The position numbers and the translations under genes are program-made. Source: Candidatus Moraniibacteriota bacterium (GTDB lineage Bacteria; Patescibacteriota; Minisyncoccia; Moranbacterales; GCA-2747515). Taken from it: a DNA stretch of 64,000 bases. A model generated the notes under the pieces. That model saw only the letters and a program-made list of their open reading frames with translations, was not told where the DNA came from and did no database searches. This document shows, piece by piece, positions 49,104-59,599 of this stretch. The stretch is from assembly GCA_046116545.1 (NCBI GenBank), contig CP175956.1, positions 897,734 through 961,733 on the forward strand, written 5' to 3'. How positions within the stretch are numbered: the first letter of the stretch is position 1; each line of letters opens with the position of its first letter.

Positions 49104-52091
49104 TTAATCTTTTTTCAGAATTTTCAATAATCTTATATACTCATCTAATGATTTATCTCCATATTTTCTTTTTATTTCTCTTTCCAGAAATTCCCCCGAC
49201 AAAATATCTTGAGCAAATACATTTATATCTTCACTTAACTGTCTTACATCATCATCCCCCACTGAGACAATCTCTCTTTCATATTCTCCAGTTTGTGGAT
49301 GTGGCTCTATAAAGTCTAATGTTCCACTTGTCATCACAAACTCTCCCTCATTATACGAATTCAATAACAATTTATAAAATTTTACTTGTCTATTTAATGA
49401 TTCTTTTTTTTCTTTTGCAAGTCTACTCCATGGTTTACCAGTTTTATAATCTACCACTGCTATCGTACCATCTTCTAACTTTTCCATTTTATCAACAGCA
49501 CCCGTTAACAAAATTTGCTCTCCACTTTCCAAATCAAATGGTACAGCTTTTATTTTCTTCTCCACTATTACATTCACATTAAAAGCATCTTTATAAAAAT
49601 CATAATAACCATTTAGTGCATCAAGACCCCTTTTTTCTATTGAGTCATAGTACTCAGCAGGGATTTGCATCGTCTGAAGTGAACTATTAAATGCATCAAT
49701 TAACACCTCTTTTGGCAACACAACACCCTCATCATTAGAAGCAACAAAAAACTTTTCTAATGCTTCATGTAATAAACTTCCATATAAAAGTGTTTTATTT
49801 TGTACACTGGGAAGTCTCACTAGATTTCTAAAAAAATATAAAAGAGGTGATTCAAAATAATTATTTAAAGCAGTTGCTGATAATTGTGTTGATAGGAATT
49901 TATCTTTTATATATTCAAGTGATACAAGTGAAGATATATTTTTAATTCGCGGAGCAAAAAATACTTCTGTTGTTTTGATAGTGTCCTGCTCAATATCAAT
50001 CAAGTTTGCATTTATATCTGAAATAAACAATGATGGCATTTTTTCTTTACCACTTACGTCATAATCTGCATAAGAAATGGTAAGTGATTTTTTTGCTCGT
50101 GTTATTGCCACATAAAATAATCTTCTCTCATCTTCCATGTCTCCAGAAACAACATTTATTGGCAACTTGAATTTTTGACTATTCCGCTTACCTCCCCAGA
50201 GCCCATTTACCGCATTTGTAATATAAACATGTTCAAATTCAAGTCCTTTAGATCCATGCGCAGTCATAAGATTCACTCCATCCATATCAGAGCTTTTAAC
50301 TACATTCATTGATAAATTATATTCATCAAATGTTTTCAAATGCATTATAAAATCACTCAATTTATAGTTATTTTTCTCCAATACACTTTCTCGCACCTCA
50401 TCAAAAATTCTTTCTACTTTTTTCAATAAAGCTATATGGTCATCCTGTGCAAGAACTTTATCCAAAAAACCACTCTCTGTAGTAAATTGTTCAAAAAATT
50501 CCAAAAAATTCATATCTTGAACTTTTTCCAATTGACCTTCTAAAAATTTTACGAATTCTTTAATCTCACCAATATTCTGAACTCCACAATTCTTTAATCT
50601 TTTTTCATCTTGCAATAATTGATATAAGGACATCTTTCTTGATACTGTCTTGTATTCATCTAAAATTATTAATGCATCGTTTATTTTAACTGGTGTTAAA
50701 TCTATCAAAATTGCTTTTGACATCAATTCACTATCCATCGGATTATTCACGACTCCAAGTAATAACAATAATTTTTGCATCTGTACATCATCCAAGATAT
50801 TTTGTCTTGATGCAACTACAAATGGTAATCCTTCCTTTTCAAAAACTTCCTTTATAAAATCCAAATTACTATGCTCCCTATAAAAAACAGCAATATCATT
50901 TACATCAACACCAGATTTTAATTTCTGTTTAATATCACTAGCCAAATTCACTAATTCATCTCTATAAGTTTTAAAATGATTAACTGATATTTCTGCTTCA
51001 TCCTTTTTCCATGCTTCAAGTTCTGTGTGCTTTTTATCACTATCCCCAGCTGAAATAAGCGTGTGTGCATGATCGAGTATCCCCTGTGCACTTCTGTAAT
51101 TATTTTCCAAATTAATTACAGTTGCATTTTCAAACTTACTTTCAAAATGGATGAAATTATCAACACTAGCACCCTGAAATCTATAAATAGCTTGTTTATC
51201 ATCACCTACAGTAAACAAATTAGGCTCATCTCCCAAATATAAGGATGACGTCAATACCTCTATTATTCTATTTTGCCCATCATTAGTATCTTGATGTTCA
51301 TCCACAAGAAGATATTGATATTGTTCTCTCAATATTGAACCCAATTCCTCATCTTTTTCAGCCACTTGCACAAACTGCATTATCATATCTGTAAAATCAT
51401 ACAACTTTTTTTCCTTTAACTGCTCCTGATACAATTCATATACAACTTGAAGTTCCTTGTTTTTTTCTACTGGCTTCAAAACATTTGGTTTCAAATCACC
51501 TTTTTTATTCTTTTTTGTGTCTCTCTTATAATAAGAATCCTCATCAGCAATAATACCCTTGCCTTGCAATTCAATTTTATTTACAAAATCTTCTGGTGAA
51601 ACACTCTCTCTTTTAAGATTATCTATTGCATACAATATGTCTTTTATATAATGAAAGTCACTTGCAAATGTTGTAAGAATCTCAAAATCATTTTCTGCTA
51701 AAATCTTCTCTACAATATGAATTTTTTCTACATCAGTAGCAACTCGCGAATATATAATTGACGGAAAATAATCCGGATAACGACTGATTTGTTCTTCACA
51801 AAAACTATGAAACGTATAAATATTTGTCCTGTAGGCTTCTTCTGGACCAATAAATGTCGCCAATCTCTCACGCATAGCAACCACACCAGCATTCGTAAAC
51901 GTAAGCGCTAAAATATTCTCGGGATCAATACCAGCACCAGATTCTTTCAAAATATTTGCAATACGCAAAGTCAATATTTGAGTTTTCCCAGTACCCGGAC
52001 CAGCTACAACAATAACGGGGCCTTCAATAGTATCCACAGCCAATCTCTGCGCATCATTTAACATTTCATATTGTTCTTGAAAATCACTCAT
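49104..52091 (-). CDS. UvrD/PcrA-family helicase fused to PD-(D/E)XK nuclease (AddA/AdnB-like)
   Basis: AGPGTGKT, LVDEHQD, GDDKQAIYRFQG, NYRS, SKGLEF, RRLFYVAITRA; GAVDK...VDYKTG. Confidence 0.93.
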   Translation of the reverse strand: MSDFQEQYEMLNDAQRLAVDTIEGPVIVVAGPGTGKTQILTLRIANILKESGAGIDPENILALTFTNAGVVAMRERLATFIGPEEAYRTNIYTFHSFCEEQISRYPDYFPSIIYSRVATDVEKIHIVEKILAENDFEILTTFASDFHYIKDILYAIDNLKRESVSPEDFVNKIELQGKGIIADEDSYYKRDTKKNKKGDLKPNVLKPVEKNKELQVVYELYQEQLKEKKLYDFTDMIMQFVQVAEKDEELGSILREQYQYLLVDEHQDTNDGQNRIIEVLTSSLYLGDEPNLFTVGDDKQAIYRFQGASVDNFIHFESKFENATVINLENNYRSAQGILDHAHTLISAGDSDKKHTELEAWKKDEAEISVNHFKTYRDELVNLASDIKQKLKSGVDVNDIAVFYREHSNLDFIKEVFEKEGLPFVVASRQNILDDVQMQKLLLLLGVVNNPMDSELMSKAILIDLTPVKINDALIILDEYKTVSRKMSLYQLLQDEKRLKNCGVQNIGEIKEFVKFLEGQLEKVQDMNFLEFFEQFTTESGFLDKVLAQDDHIALLKKVERIFDEVRESVLEKNNYKLSDFIMHLKTFDEYNLSMNVVKSSDMDGVNLMTAHGSKGLEFEHVYITNAVNGLWGGKRNSQKFKLPINVVSGDMEDERRLFYVAITRAKKSLTISYADYDVSGKEKMPSLFISDINANLIDIEQDTIKTTEVFFAPRIKNISSLVSLEYIKDKFLSTQLSATALNNYFESPLLYFFRNLVRLPSVQNKTLLYGSLLHEALEKFFVASNDEGVVLPKEVLIDAFNSSLQTMQIPAEYYDSIEKRGLDALNGYYDFYKDAFNVNVIVEKKIKAVPFDLESGEQILLTGAVDKMEKLEDGTIAVVDYKTGKPWSRLAKEKKESLNRQVKFYKLLLNSYNEGEFVMTSGTLDFIEPHPQTGEYEREIVSVGDDDVRQLSEDINVFAQDILSGEFLEREIKRKYGDKSLDEYIRLLKILKKD

Positions 52092-52105
52092 AAAATATAC
52101 GTATC

Positions 52106-52133
52106 TGTCATTCCCACGAAGGTGGAAAGCTAG
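52106..52133. repeat. Short GTCATTCCC-type palindromic element
   Basis: tgtcattcccacgaaggtggaaagctag. Confidence 0.45.
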
Positions 52134-52209
52134 GACAATTTTAATTAAATTAAATACTCTGAATTTCTACTTATGCAAACAAGACTAATGCAATAAAACA
52201 ACCACTTTT

Positions 52210-52467
52210 TCATTTCACTTCTTCAAAATCAACATCTTTGATTTTTTCTTTACTTTTATCTTTTTTATCTACTTCTCTATTGAAGAAATGGGCAAAATCA
52301 ATTCCAAAGTATGCAAGAGATGCTAAAAGCAATGCCGTAGCACCAGCCTCATCCAAATTTCCTATTACAGGCATAGCATCTGGCAAAAGTTCAAATACCC
52401 CAAATGTAGGATTAAGTAAATATATAAAAGCAACTATACCAGTAATTACAACAAAAACACTTTTCAT
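52210..52467 (-). CDS. DUF1232/YkvA-family membrane protein
   Basis: YLLNP...ELLPDAMPVIGNLDE. Confidence 0.85.
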   Translation of the reverse strand: MKSVFVVITGIVAFIYLLNPTFGVFELLPDAMPVIGNLDEAGATALLLASLAYFGIDFAHFFNREVDKKDKSKEKIKDVDFEEVK

Positions 52468-52579
52468 AAATTTAAAATATTATTTGACTAATATCTCAAT
52501 AATACACCACTCATATCACGAAATCAAAAAATCAAAAATCCGTTTGTAAAATATCCCAACAAAAGATATAATACAAACC

Positions 52580-54328
52580 ATGAATAACATAAAAAAGTCT
52601 GACAAATTAATATTACAATCAATACTCATTTTGGTGATTTCTCTTGCATGGATAACATTTCTTTCAGCTTTGCTTGGTATTTTTTATGGAACCTTTATTT
52701 GGGGATTTTTTGCATTACTTACTATATTTTTTTATAAACAAAAAATTATAACATTTAGCAAACCTTCTCAAAACTTCTTGACTTATATACTTATTTCACT
52801 AAGCTTTGCTCTTCTTATTGCTTTTTTTACTACCCCTTCTATATTTTCTGGTAGAGACCAAGGCTCATTATCTGATGCTGCCATATTACTTTCTGAACAT
52901 CATAATTTAATATCTCACTCAACACAAAGTGACATATTTTTTAATATAAATGAAAAAGGAAAGGCTCTTAATTTTCCAGGATTTTTTTATACAATTGATG
53001 GTGGGCTTATTACACAATTTCCAATTCCCTATATAGCATTCATCAGTGTATTTTTCGGTACATTCGGCACAGCTGGTTTTGTCGTAGCTAATGCAATATT
53101 ATTGTTTACCTTCATCTTAGCAATTACTGGCGTTACTGCTTTTTACATGAATCGAAACTACACATTAATATTTTTAATAACTCTTTTATCATCATTCTCT
53201 ATAGGATGGTTTGCGAAGTATACTTTGAGTGAAAATATCGCAAGCGCATTGATTTGGAGTTCTCTATTTCTATATATATTTCTCAAAGAGTCAAAAAATC
53301 AAATTACCTATTTTGCACTGATTTCAATGATTTCTCTATTACTGTTCACAAGAATTGAAGGGATTTGGTTTTTTGTTATTTTTAGTTTTTTACTACTAAA
53401 AAATAAGAACTCCAAAAAATTTATAGGAAAAGACTTATGGTGGCGAGCGATATTTCCAGTAACAACGCTTTTTGTTATTTTTTGTACTGTACTTATAGTA
53501 AATAATCCCTTTTATATAACAATGATAAAAGCGTTCTTGAATTCTGGAACAGGATCTTCTGGAATAACACTATTTGATAAAATATCTTACAATTTTTACA
53601 TTTATTCAATTTATGGATTAATTCTTCCGCTATTCTTTACATTAATTGCAAGTATTATTTCATTCAAACAAAAAAGAATGAGACTCGCATTACTACCCAT
53701 AGCTATAATGTTTCCACTTTTTCTATATTATCTTTTTCCTCAAATAAGTGGTGATCATCCTTGGATGCTTCGCAGATTTGTATCAGCGCTTTTACCAGCA
53801 ACTATTTTAATAAGCATTTTATTATCATATTACATAAAACCCAAAAATATATATTATAAAATTTTTAAATATGCAATCCCTGTTGTAATAATATTAGCTA
53901 ACATTCCATCTCTTATTTTATTTTTAACTTATTCAGAAAACATTAACTTGCAATCCCAAATACATGATATATCACAAAATTTTAGAGAAAATGATTTAGT
54001 CCTAGTAGATGGAACTGCAACTGGAGACGGATGGTCAATGATGACCTCTCAATTAAATAATTTGGAAAATAAAAATGCTGTTTATTTTTTCAACATTGCA
54101 GACTTAGACAAATTAGATTTAACAGCTTACGAGAAAGTATTCTTAATAACTCCCAATACTAATAAAGAATTCTATAGTAAAATTAACAATAGATTTAGTT
54201 ATGTAAATAAATACACGCTCACGACACAAAGACTACTAACTCCTGATAAAAAAATATTTCCACATAAATTTCCAAAAAAAGAAAATGAAAATATATACGG
54301 AACTATTTATGAAATAAACTTAAACTAA
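52580..54328 (+). CDS. Polytopic membrane protein, probable GT-C glycosyltransferase
   Basis: More than 12 TM, GRDQG loop, LSE, TRIEG, WMLRRF. Confidence 0.65.
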   Translation: MNNIKKSDKLILQSILILVISLAWITFLSALLGIFYGTFIWGFFALLTIFFYKQKIITFSKPSQNFLTYILISLSFALLIAFFTTPSIFSGRDQGSLSDAAILLSEHHNLISHSTQSDIFFNINEKGKALNFPGFFYTIDGGLITQFPIPYIAFISVFFGTFGTAGFVVANAILLFTFILAITGVTAFYMNRNYTLIFLITLLSSFSIGWFAKYTLSENIASALIWSSLFLYIFLKESKNQITYFALISMISLLLFTRIEGIWFFVIFSFLLLKNKNSKKFIGKDLWWRAIFPVTTLFVIFCTVLIVNNPFYITMIKAFLNSGTGSSGITLFDKISYNFYIYSIYGLILPLFFTLIASIISFKQKRMRLALLPIAIMFPLFLYYLFPQISGDHPWMLRRFVSALLPATILISILLSYYIKPKNIYYKIFKYAIPVVIILANIPSLILFLTYSENINLQSQIHDISQNFRENDLVLVDGTATGDGWSMMTSQLNNLENKNAVYFFNIADLDKLDLTAYEKVFLITPNTNKEFYSKINNRFSYVNKYTLTTQRLLTPDKKIFPHKFPKKENENIYGTIYEINLN

Positions 54329-55419
54329 TGTTTGATATTACAAAATACATACAATTAGATACACACAAACAACAAAAGATATATTTCATACTACGAATTT
54401 CAATATTTGCAGGATTCTTATTATTATTTCTTATACTATCAAAAGAAATGATTTTTCCTACTTATAAATTTAATTTCAATGCTGCAATAGATTCACTTGC
54501 TAACACTATTTCACGTCCATACGAAACTGAAAATGGGACTAGTTTTCATTTGTCCAGCAGCACGCAATTAGATGCTATCAAAGTTACATTAACTCTTCCA
54601 AAAGACTTGGATAAACTTCCAAAAAATACATCACTATTTGTAAAAAAATCATACCTATCTTTTTTGACACCCATCAACAAAGAAAAATATAATTATACCT
54701 ATAAAACATATGACCTGACAGATGAATGGTTCATAAATAAAGATGCTTCCATTTATAAATTTATAAGTAAAAATACTTTTGACTCTTATTTATTTAAAGA
54801 CAATACATCTTTTTCTAGTAAAACAATAATTGATAATTTATCGAATATAGATAAGACTACTGGATTTTCTTCAGCAACACTTATTTCTTCAGATGATAGT
54901 GTATTTGTAATAGTTGGTGATAAAAAACATCCAATTCATGATGAAGCCACATTTAAATTATTTGGATATAATTTTGATAATGTTATAAAATCAACTAGCG
55001 AAGAACGGGCTCTTTATACAAAAGGAAAATTATTTACTACTTCTAGTGCACATCCATCAGGAACTATTTTTTATGCTGAAGATACTGACAGAACTTTTAT
55101 ATTTGATAATTCATTATTGAATAAAATTCAAACAACTGATATATCGTCACAACATTCGATAGTTGTACAAGAGCAATCACGTACAACTTCTGACTCTTGT
55201 GTATTACAAAAAACATTACTTCCTAGACAATATTCTTGCACAATACAATTAGATAACACCTCCGATTTTAATGGTAACATTTATCAATTTACATTAAACG
55301 ACTCCCCTAATACAAAAATAGAATTAGCTGAAATTAAATTACATACAAAAGTAAGTGAACAATCCCTAGTTGATAGAATTGTTTCTCTTAAGAAAAAAAT
55401 TGGTTTACATTATAATTAA
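54328..55419 (+). CDS. Hypothetical membrane-anchored protein
   Basis: TAATG coupling to previous gene, single N-terminal TM. Confidence 0.65.
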   Translation: MFDITKYIQLDTHKQQKIYFILRISIFAGFLLLFLILSKEMIFPTYKFNFNAAIDSLANTISRPYETENGTSFHLSSSTQLDAIKVTLTLPKDLDKLPKNTSLFVKKSYLSFLTPINKEKYNYTYKTYDLTDEWFINKDASIYKFISKNTFDSYLFKDNTSFSSKTIIDNLSNIDKTTGFSSATLISSDDSVFVIVGDKKHPIHDEATFKLFGYNFDNVIKSTSEERALYTKGKLFTTSSAHPSGTIFYAEDTDRTFIFDNSLLNKIQTTDISSQHSIVVQEQSRTTSDSCVLQKTLLPRQYSCTIQLDNTSDFNGNIYQFTLNDSPNTKIELAEIKLHTKVSEQSLVDRIVSLKKKIGLHYN

Positions 55420-55422
55420 CTA

Positions 55423-55813
55423 TATGAATTATTTTAAAAAAATACACACAAGTACTATAACTTACAAAATACTCATTGATATTTTTTTTGTAATGACAGC
55501 TTTTACTTTTTTATTTTTACTTACTGAATCAATAATACCTGGGATACTAAGTGCACAAATTTCAACATTTCTTTTATTTTCTTTAATGTTTTTACTCGTT
55601 ACAACAATTTCACTTATATCCAGAAAACAAAATATATTCACAAAAACAAAAAAAACCAATACTTTTCTACTAATCATTACACTAATAATATTTGCACTAC
55701 TCATTGCACTTACTTGCATTGGGTATGGTCTAATTTATGGAATCATCATCTCAGCATTATCTATTATAATATTCTTATTGATAAGTTCGGAATTAATAAA
55801 ACACTTCAAATAA
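55423..55813 (+). CDS. Hypothetical 4-TM membrane protein
   Basis: ATG 3 nt after previous stop; hydrophobic. Confidence 0.6.
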
Positions 55814-55848
55814 TATTGAATACCCACCTTTTAAAGACATTATAACAT

Positions 55849-55891
55849 TTGTCATCTCGAGCGTAGTGATAACGAAGTCGAGAGATCTCAA
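55849..55891. repeat. Half copy of the 14787-14872 palindromic element
   Basis: 41/43 identity to the reverse complement of 14831-14873. Confidence 0.8.
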
Positions 55892-55965
55892 AACTTTAGA
55901 CTTGTGAACTTTTTTTCACTAGTATTCAATTTGGAATAATTAATTTCTATGTAAAGCCTCCCAAT

Positions 55966-57741
55966 TTACTTTCGTAAAACTTGTAACGTTCTCCTAGTAC
56001 AATTATCCCAACTAAATTTATCAACTCTTCCATCAGCACCTTTTCTTAATCGTTCTCGCAGATCCTCATTTGAAAATATTTCATTAATACTCTCAGCACA
56101 TTGCACACTATCTCCAGCATTAAAATACAAAGCATTTTCACCAAGGATTTCTGGAATGCTCGAATTTTTCGTTGATACTACAGGAAGTCCAACTGCACAA
56201 GCTTCTAATACAGGTAATCCAAATCCTTCATACTTTGATGCAAAAACAAACACACTAGCATTTTGCATCAAAACTTTCACTTCCTCAAAATCAATATTTC
56301 CCGTAAATAGTATGTCATTGCTATATTTACACTTCTCTGCATATGCATGTATGTCTTCACTCATCCATCCATCCCCACCAACTAATACTAACTTCAATAT
56401 TTTATTTTTTTCCTTAACAATATTAAATGAATCTATTATTGTTTTGATATCTTTACGAGGTTGAATCGCTCCAACATGCATTAAAAACTCACAATTCAAT
56501 AAATCATATTTACCTAAAATCTTATCAATAACTTCTTTTTCATATTCTTTCCGCCATTGATCTTTGTCTATTCCATGATGCACAACTGTAATTTTGTCAG
56601 ACTTTATACTTGGATAAAATTTTAATATATCATTTCTAGTGGCCTTTGATACAGCAATTATGCTATCAGAATTTTTTACTGCATAATCAGTTTGAATATT
56701 AAGCCTTCTTAAATCTTTTTTTAGAAATGTATTTGGAAATATTTTAAATGCAAGATCATGAATTGTTACAACTACTTTAGTTTTTTTACTCCGAACCCTA
56801 CATACATTATGAAGCGGCATCCATACAACATCAGGATTTTTTATAAGAATTTCAAAAGCAAACATCGTTTGTGTCCACATTGGAATATTCTTCAACTTCT
56901 TAATAATATAATTCGTATATTTTTTTGGACTTAATTTATTATTAAATTTATTTTTGTGATAAATATAAAACTTATCCTCCTTTGCTTTTTCACCAAACCT
57001 ATCTAAAACTTCTTTCAAATATACACGTGTTCCATCTATTCTACTTTCATCTAACTCAGAAGCATGTACAGCTATATCCATGCAGAATTCATCAATACTG
57101 TTGCTTGATTCTAAAGTAAAATCTCCAACTCTAGTGCGTTGTAATCCACCAAGATAAGCACCTGTGCTTAAATATTTACCAATATCTCTAGCTAGTGTCC
57201 TTATATAAGTTCCCTTTCCACACACAACACTAATTCTTAAATTTGGATATTTATATTCTAATATTTTAATATTTCTTATTTCAACTACCCGTTCTTTCAT
57301 TTCAACAGTCTCTCCACGACGAGCCTTTTTATAAGCTTCTTCCCCATCTATTTTTATAGCACTATAAGCAGATGGTATTTGTGTTATATTTCCAACAAAT
57401 TCATCAATGCATTTTTTTACCTCTTCCTCATTTGGCTGTATATCCTTATTTATAACTTTTTTCTCACCCTCAGCATCATCAGTACTGCTATTCTCTCCCA
57501 AAATAATATCAGCAATGTATTCTTTTTCAGCTTTTACAATGATATCTATTTTCCTAGTATATTCACGTCCAACTGCCATCACCAAAACACCACTAGCCAA
57601 CGGGTCTAATGTTCCAGCATGTCCAACTTTAATTTTTTTATTTCCAGTCTTTCGCCTAGCCCAATACTTCACTATCTGCACAGCTCTCTGTGAAGTAATT
57701 CCAACTGGCTTATCAACTGCAAAAATACCCTTTACCTTCAT
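55966..57741 (-). CDS. truB: tRNA pseudouridine-55 synthase TruB fused in frame to a GT4 glycosyltransferase
   Basis: KVGHAGTLDP, YSAIK, GTYIRTLA (aa 1-220); then TIHDL, VGAIQPRK, YEGFGLPVLEA, FSWD. Confidence 0.9.
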   Translation of the reverse strand: MKVKGIFAVDKPVGITSQRAVQIVKYWARRKTGNKKIKVGHAGTLDPLASGVLVMAVGREYTRKIDIIVKAEKEYIADIILGENSSTDDAEGEKKVINKDIQPNEEEVKKCIDEFVGNITQIPSAYSAIKIDGEEAYKKARRGETVEMKERVVEIRNIKILEYKYPNLRISVVCGKGTYIRTLARDIGKYLSTGAYLGGLQRTRVGDFTLESSNSIDEFCMDIAVHASELDESRIDGTRVYLKEVLDRFGEKAKEDKFYIYHKNKFNNKLSPKKYTNYIIKKLKNIPMWTQTMFAFEILIKNPDVVWMPLHNVCRVRSKKTKVVVTIHDLAFKIFPNTFLKKDLRRLNIQTDYAVKNSDSIIAVSKATRNDILKFYPSIKSDKITVVHHGIDKDQWRKEYEKEVIDKILGKYDLLNCEFLMHVGAIQPRKDIKTIIDSFNIVKEKNKILKLVLVGGDGWMSEDIHAYAEKCKYSNDILFTGNIDFEEVKVLMQNASVFVFASKYEGFGLPVLEACAVGLPVVSTKNSSIPEILGENALYFNAGDSVQCAESINEIFSNEDLRERLRKGADGRVDKFSWDNCTRRTLQVLRK

Positions 57742-57747
57742 ATAATT

Positions 57748-58287
57748 TTAAAATATGAACCAATGTAATTTTTCCATAAGCAAAAAAATAGAACTAGCCA
57801 TTACTCCAAACAAAAAGAAATATCTTGACCACGCAAGCATTCTACGTTTTGGAGTATAATAATGTTTTGATAAATTAAATGCTTCCAGTGAATGTTGCTT
57901 CAACAATTCGTCCTCATCTTTTATCATCTTTTTTAACGTAATTGCATATTCATCAGCTGATTTAAACTTAGAAATTCTCGGTGCATGCAAAATACTTTCC
58001 TCATGACGATATCGCTTTGTTACAATCCTCGGCAACCGAATTGCAAGCATAGCAGCTATTACAGAGCATGCTGAAAATAAAGCTACAACACCCATCGTTA
58101 TTCTCAGAGAATCATTTTCAAACAATTTTGAAATTACAAAAATAAAAATACCTGTATTAATACCTATCATCACATTTGCATGTGTATCAACTGTATGAGT
58201 TGCATCTATAATTTTCTGACTCAAACTCTCCAAGAAACTAATTGTTAATAATCTATCATTACAATCTTCAAAATTAACTTTTTTCAT
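57748..58287 (-). CDS. Pycsar effector (PycTM/DUF5706)-like membrane protein
   Basis: DTHANVMIGIN, two TMs ending AIRLP, SILH...I, LSK...K..ML plus C-terminal TM. Confidence 0.65.
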   Translation of the reverse strand: MKKVNFEDCNDRLLTISFLESLSQKIIDATHTVDTHANVMIGINTGIFIFVISKLFENDSLRITMGVVALFSACSVIAAMLAIRLPRIVTKRYRHEESILHAPRISKFKSADEYAITLKKMIKDEDELLKQHSLEAFNLSKHYYTPKRRMLAWSRYFFLFGVMASSIFLLMEKLHWFIF

Positions 58288-58449
58288 ACTATTATATTTA
58301 TTATTTAAATATATAACTTATTATACCACTAAAAATAAAATATCTACATTTAGATTTATATATTAAAACCAACTACATTATATCATTATTAATATCCTCA
58401 ATATGCCTATAAAAACCTAAAACCACATTAAAGCAAATACTCGTTAGTT

Positions 58450-58490
58450 AAAAAAATACAGCCATCAAGAGTATTACTCTCATGACTGTA
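58450..58490 (-). terminator. Probable intrinsic terminator
   Basis: TACAG..AT.GAG / CTC.AT..CTGTA imperfect stem with T-run on minus strand. Confidence 0.5.
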
Positions 58491-58502
58491 TAATCTATAA
58501 AC

Positions 58503-59177
58503 TTATGCCGTAACACATTGATTCATGTGCTTTGTCAAACGTTCTTTATGATCCTCAGTTGTTGCAACTAATTCATGAAACAAAATATTCCACTGTCTCG
58601 CTAATGGAATATAAATTTCAATTGTTTCATTGTTTTTACGCTCAATTTTTTCAATTTTACAACTCCACAGAGTTAATTGATTATGCCATCTGTCAGGAAG
58701 TTTAATTAGAAAAACTTCTACCAATTCAACATATCTAAGATGATCATGATAAAATTTCAATTGTATTATTTTATCTCCTCCAAAATCAGCTCTTGGTCGT
58801 TTTGAAACATAATCTAATAACCATGCAACATTTGCACTGAATTCCAATTCAATGCGAGAAAGAGGCCACTCTGGACAATCTTCTGGTGTATCATGCAAAA
58901 GAGCTGCTGCCACTACCTCATGTGCTGGAATTATCAAAAACTTCAAATCAAAAATATTTAAATAATCCATCTGAATAATTGCAACGGCCCGAACATGCTC
59001 AAAATAACGTGTACCATCTTCACGTACAACATGACGAAAAGCATCTTTTGCAACATTATACGCTTTCTCAATAAATTGATATTCTTTTGAATATCTAGAA
59101 TACCGTAATTCAACACGGGCAAAAAATGTTGCTCGATTCTCACTTGCTGCAAGCATTTTCTTCATTTTCCTATTCAT
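58503..59177 (-). CDS. RelA/SpoT-type HD domain protein (small alarmone hydrolase-like)
   Basis: REDGTRYFEH, AALLHDTPED, KLPDRWHN, ETIEIYIPLA; no synthetase domain; AAGGAGG SD before ATG 59177. Confidence 0.85.
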   Translation of the reverse strand: MNRKMKKMLAASENRATFFARVELRYSRYSKEYQFIEKAYNVAKDAFRHVVREDGTRYFEHVRAVAIIQMDYLNIFDLKFLIIPAHEVVAAALLHDTPEDCPEWPLSRIELEFSANVAWLLDYVSKRPRADFGGDKIIQLKFYHDHLRYVELVEVFLIKLPDRWHNQLTLWSCKIEKIERKNNETIEIYIPLARQWNILFHELVATTEDHKERLTKHMNQCVTA

Positions 59178-59318
59178 CACACATACCTCCTTTTTATATT
59201 TTATTGTAAATAATACAAAATTAAAGATTACATTAGACATTACCATAAATCATAAATTCCGACAACCCTTGTTTTTCCCTATATATAATGTATAATATCC
59301 AAAAGCACGTTCTGATGC

Positions 59319-59390
59319 TGGGCTGTAGCCAAGCGGTAAGGCAGCGGATTCTGGTTCCGCTATGCGTAGGTTCGAATCCTACCAGCCCAA
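59319..59390 (+). tRNA. tRNA-Gln(CTG)
   Basis: TGGGCTG/CAGCCCA acceptor, gcgga-ttCTGgt-tccgc, GGTTCGAATCC. Confidence 0.95.
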
Positions 59391-59426
59391 CTAGAAAACA
59401 CCCCGATTTACCCCCCTTTACACACA

Positions 59427-59451
59427 AAAAGCCCTTTAAATAGGGCTTTTT
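59427..59451 (+). terminator. Terminator after tRNA-Gln
   Basis: AAAAGCCCT/AGGGCTTTT. Confidence 0.75.
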
Positions 59452-59599
59452 ATTTGTTCGAAAACCCATCTTTTCGAGGACCCCTAGTAGTCCTCGAACC
59501 CTATATTTAGGGTATATTATTCAGACAATATGATTCCTACTACTCTGAAAACATACCCTTTAAACTTAGAGATTATTGATGCCTGCTCAAAAAATAAAT

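Noticed and set aside
59233-59469. 78-aa minus-strand ORF
   Set aside because: Antisense to tRNA-Gln
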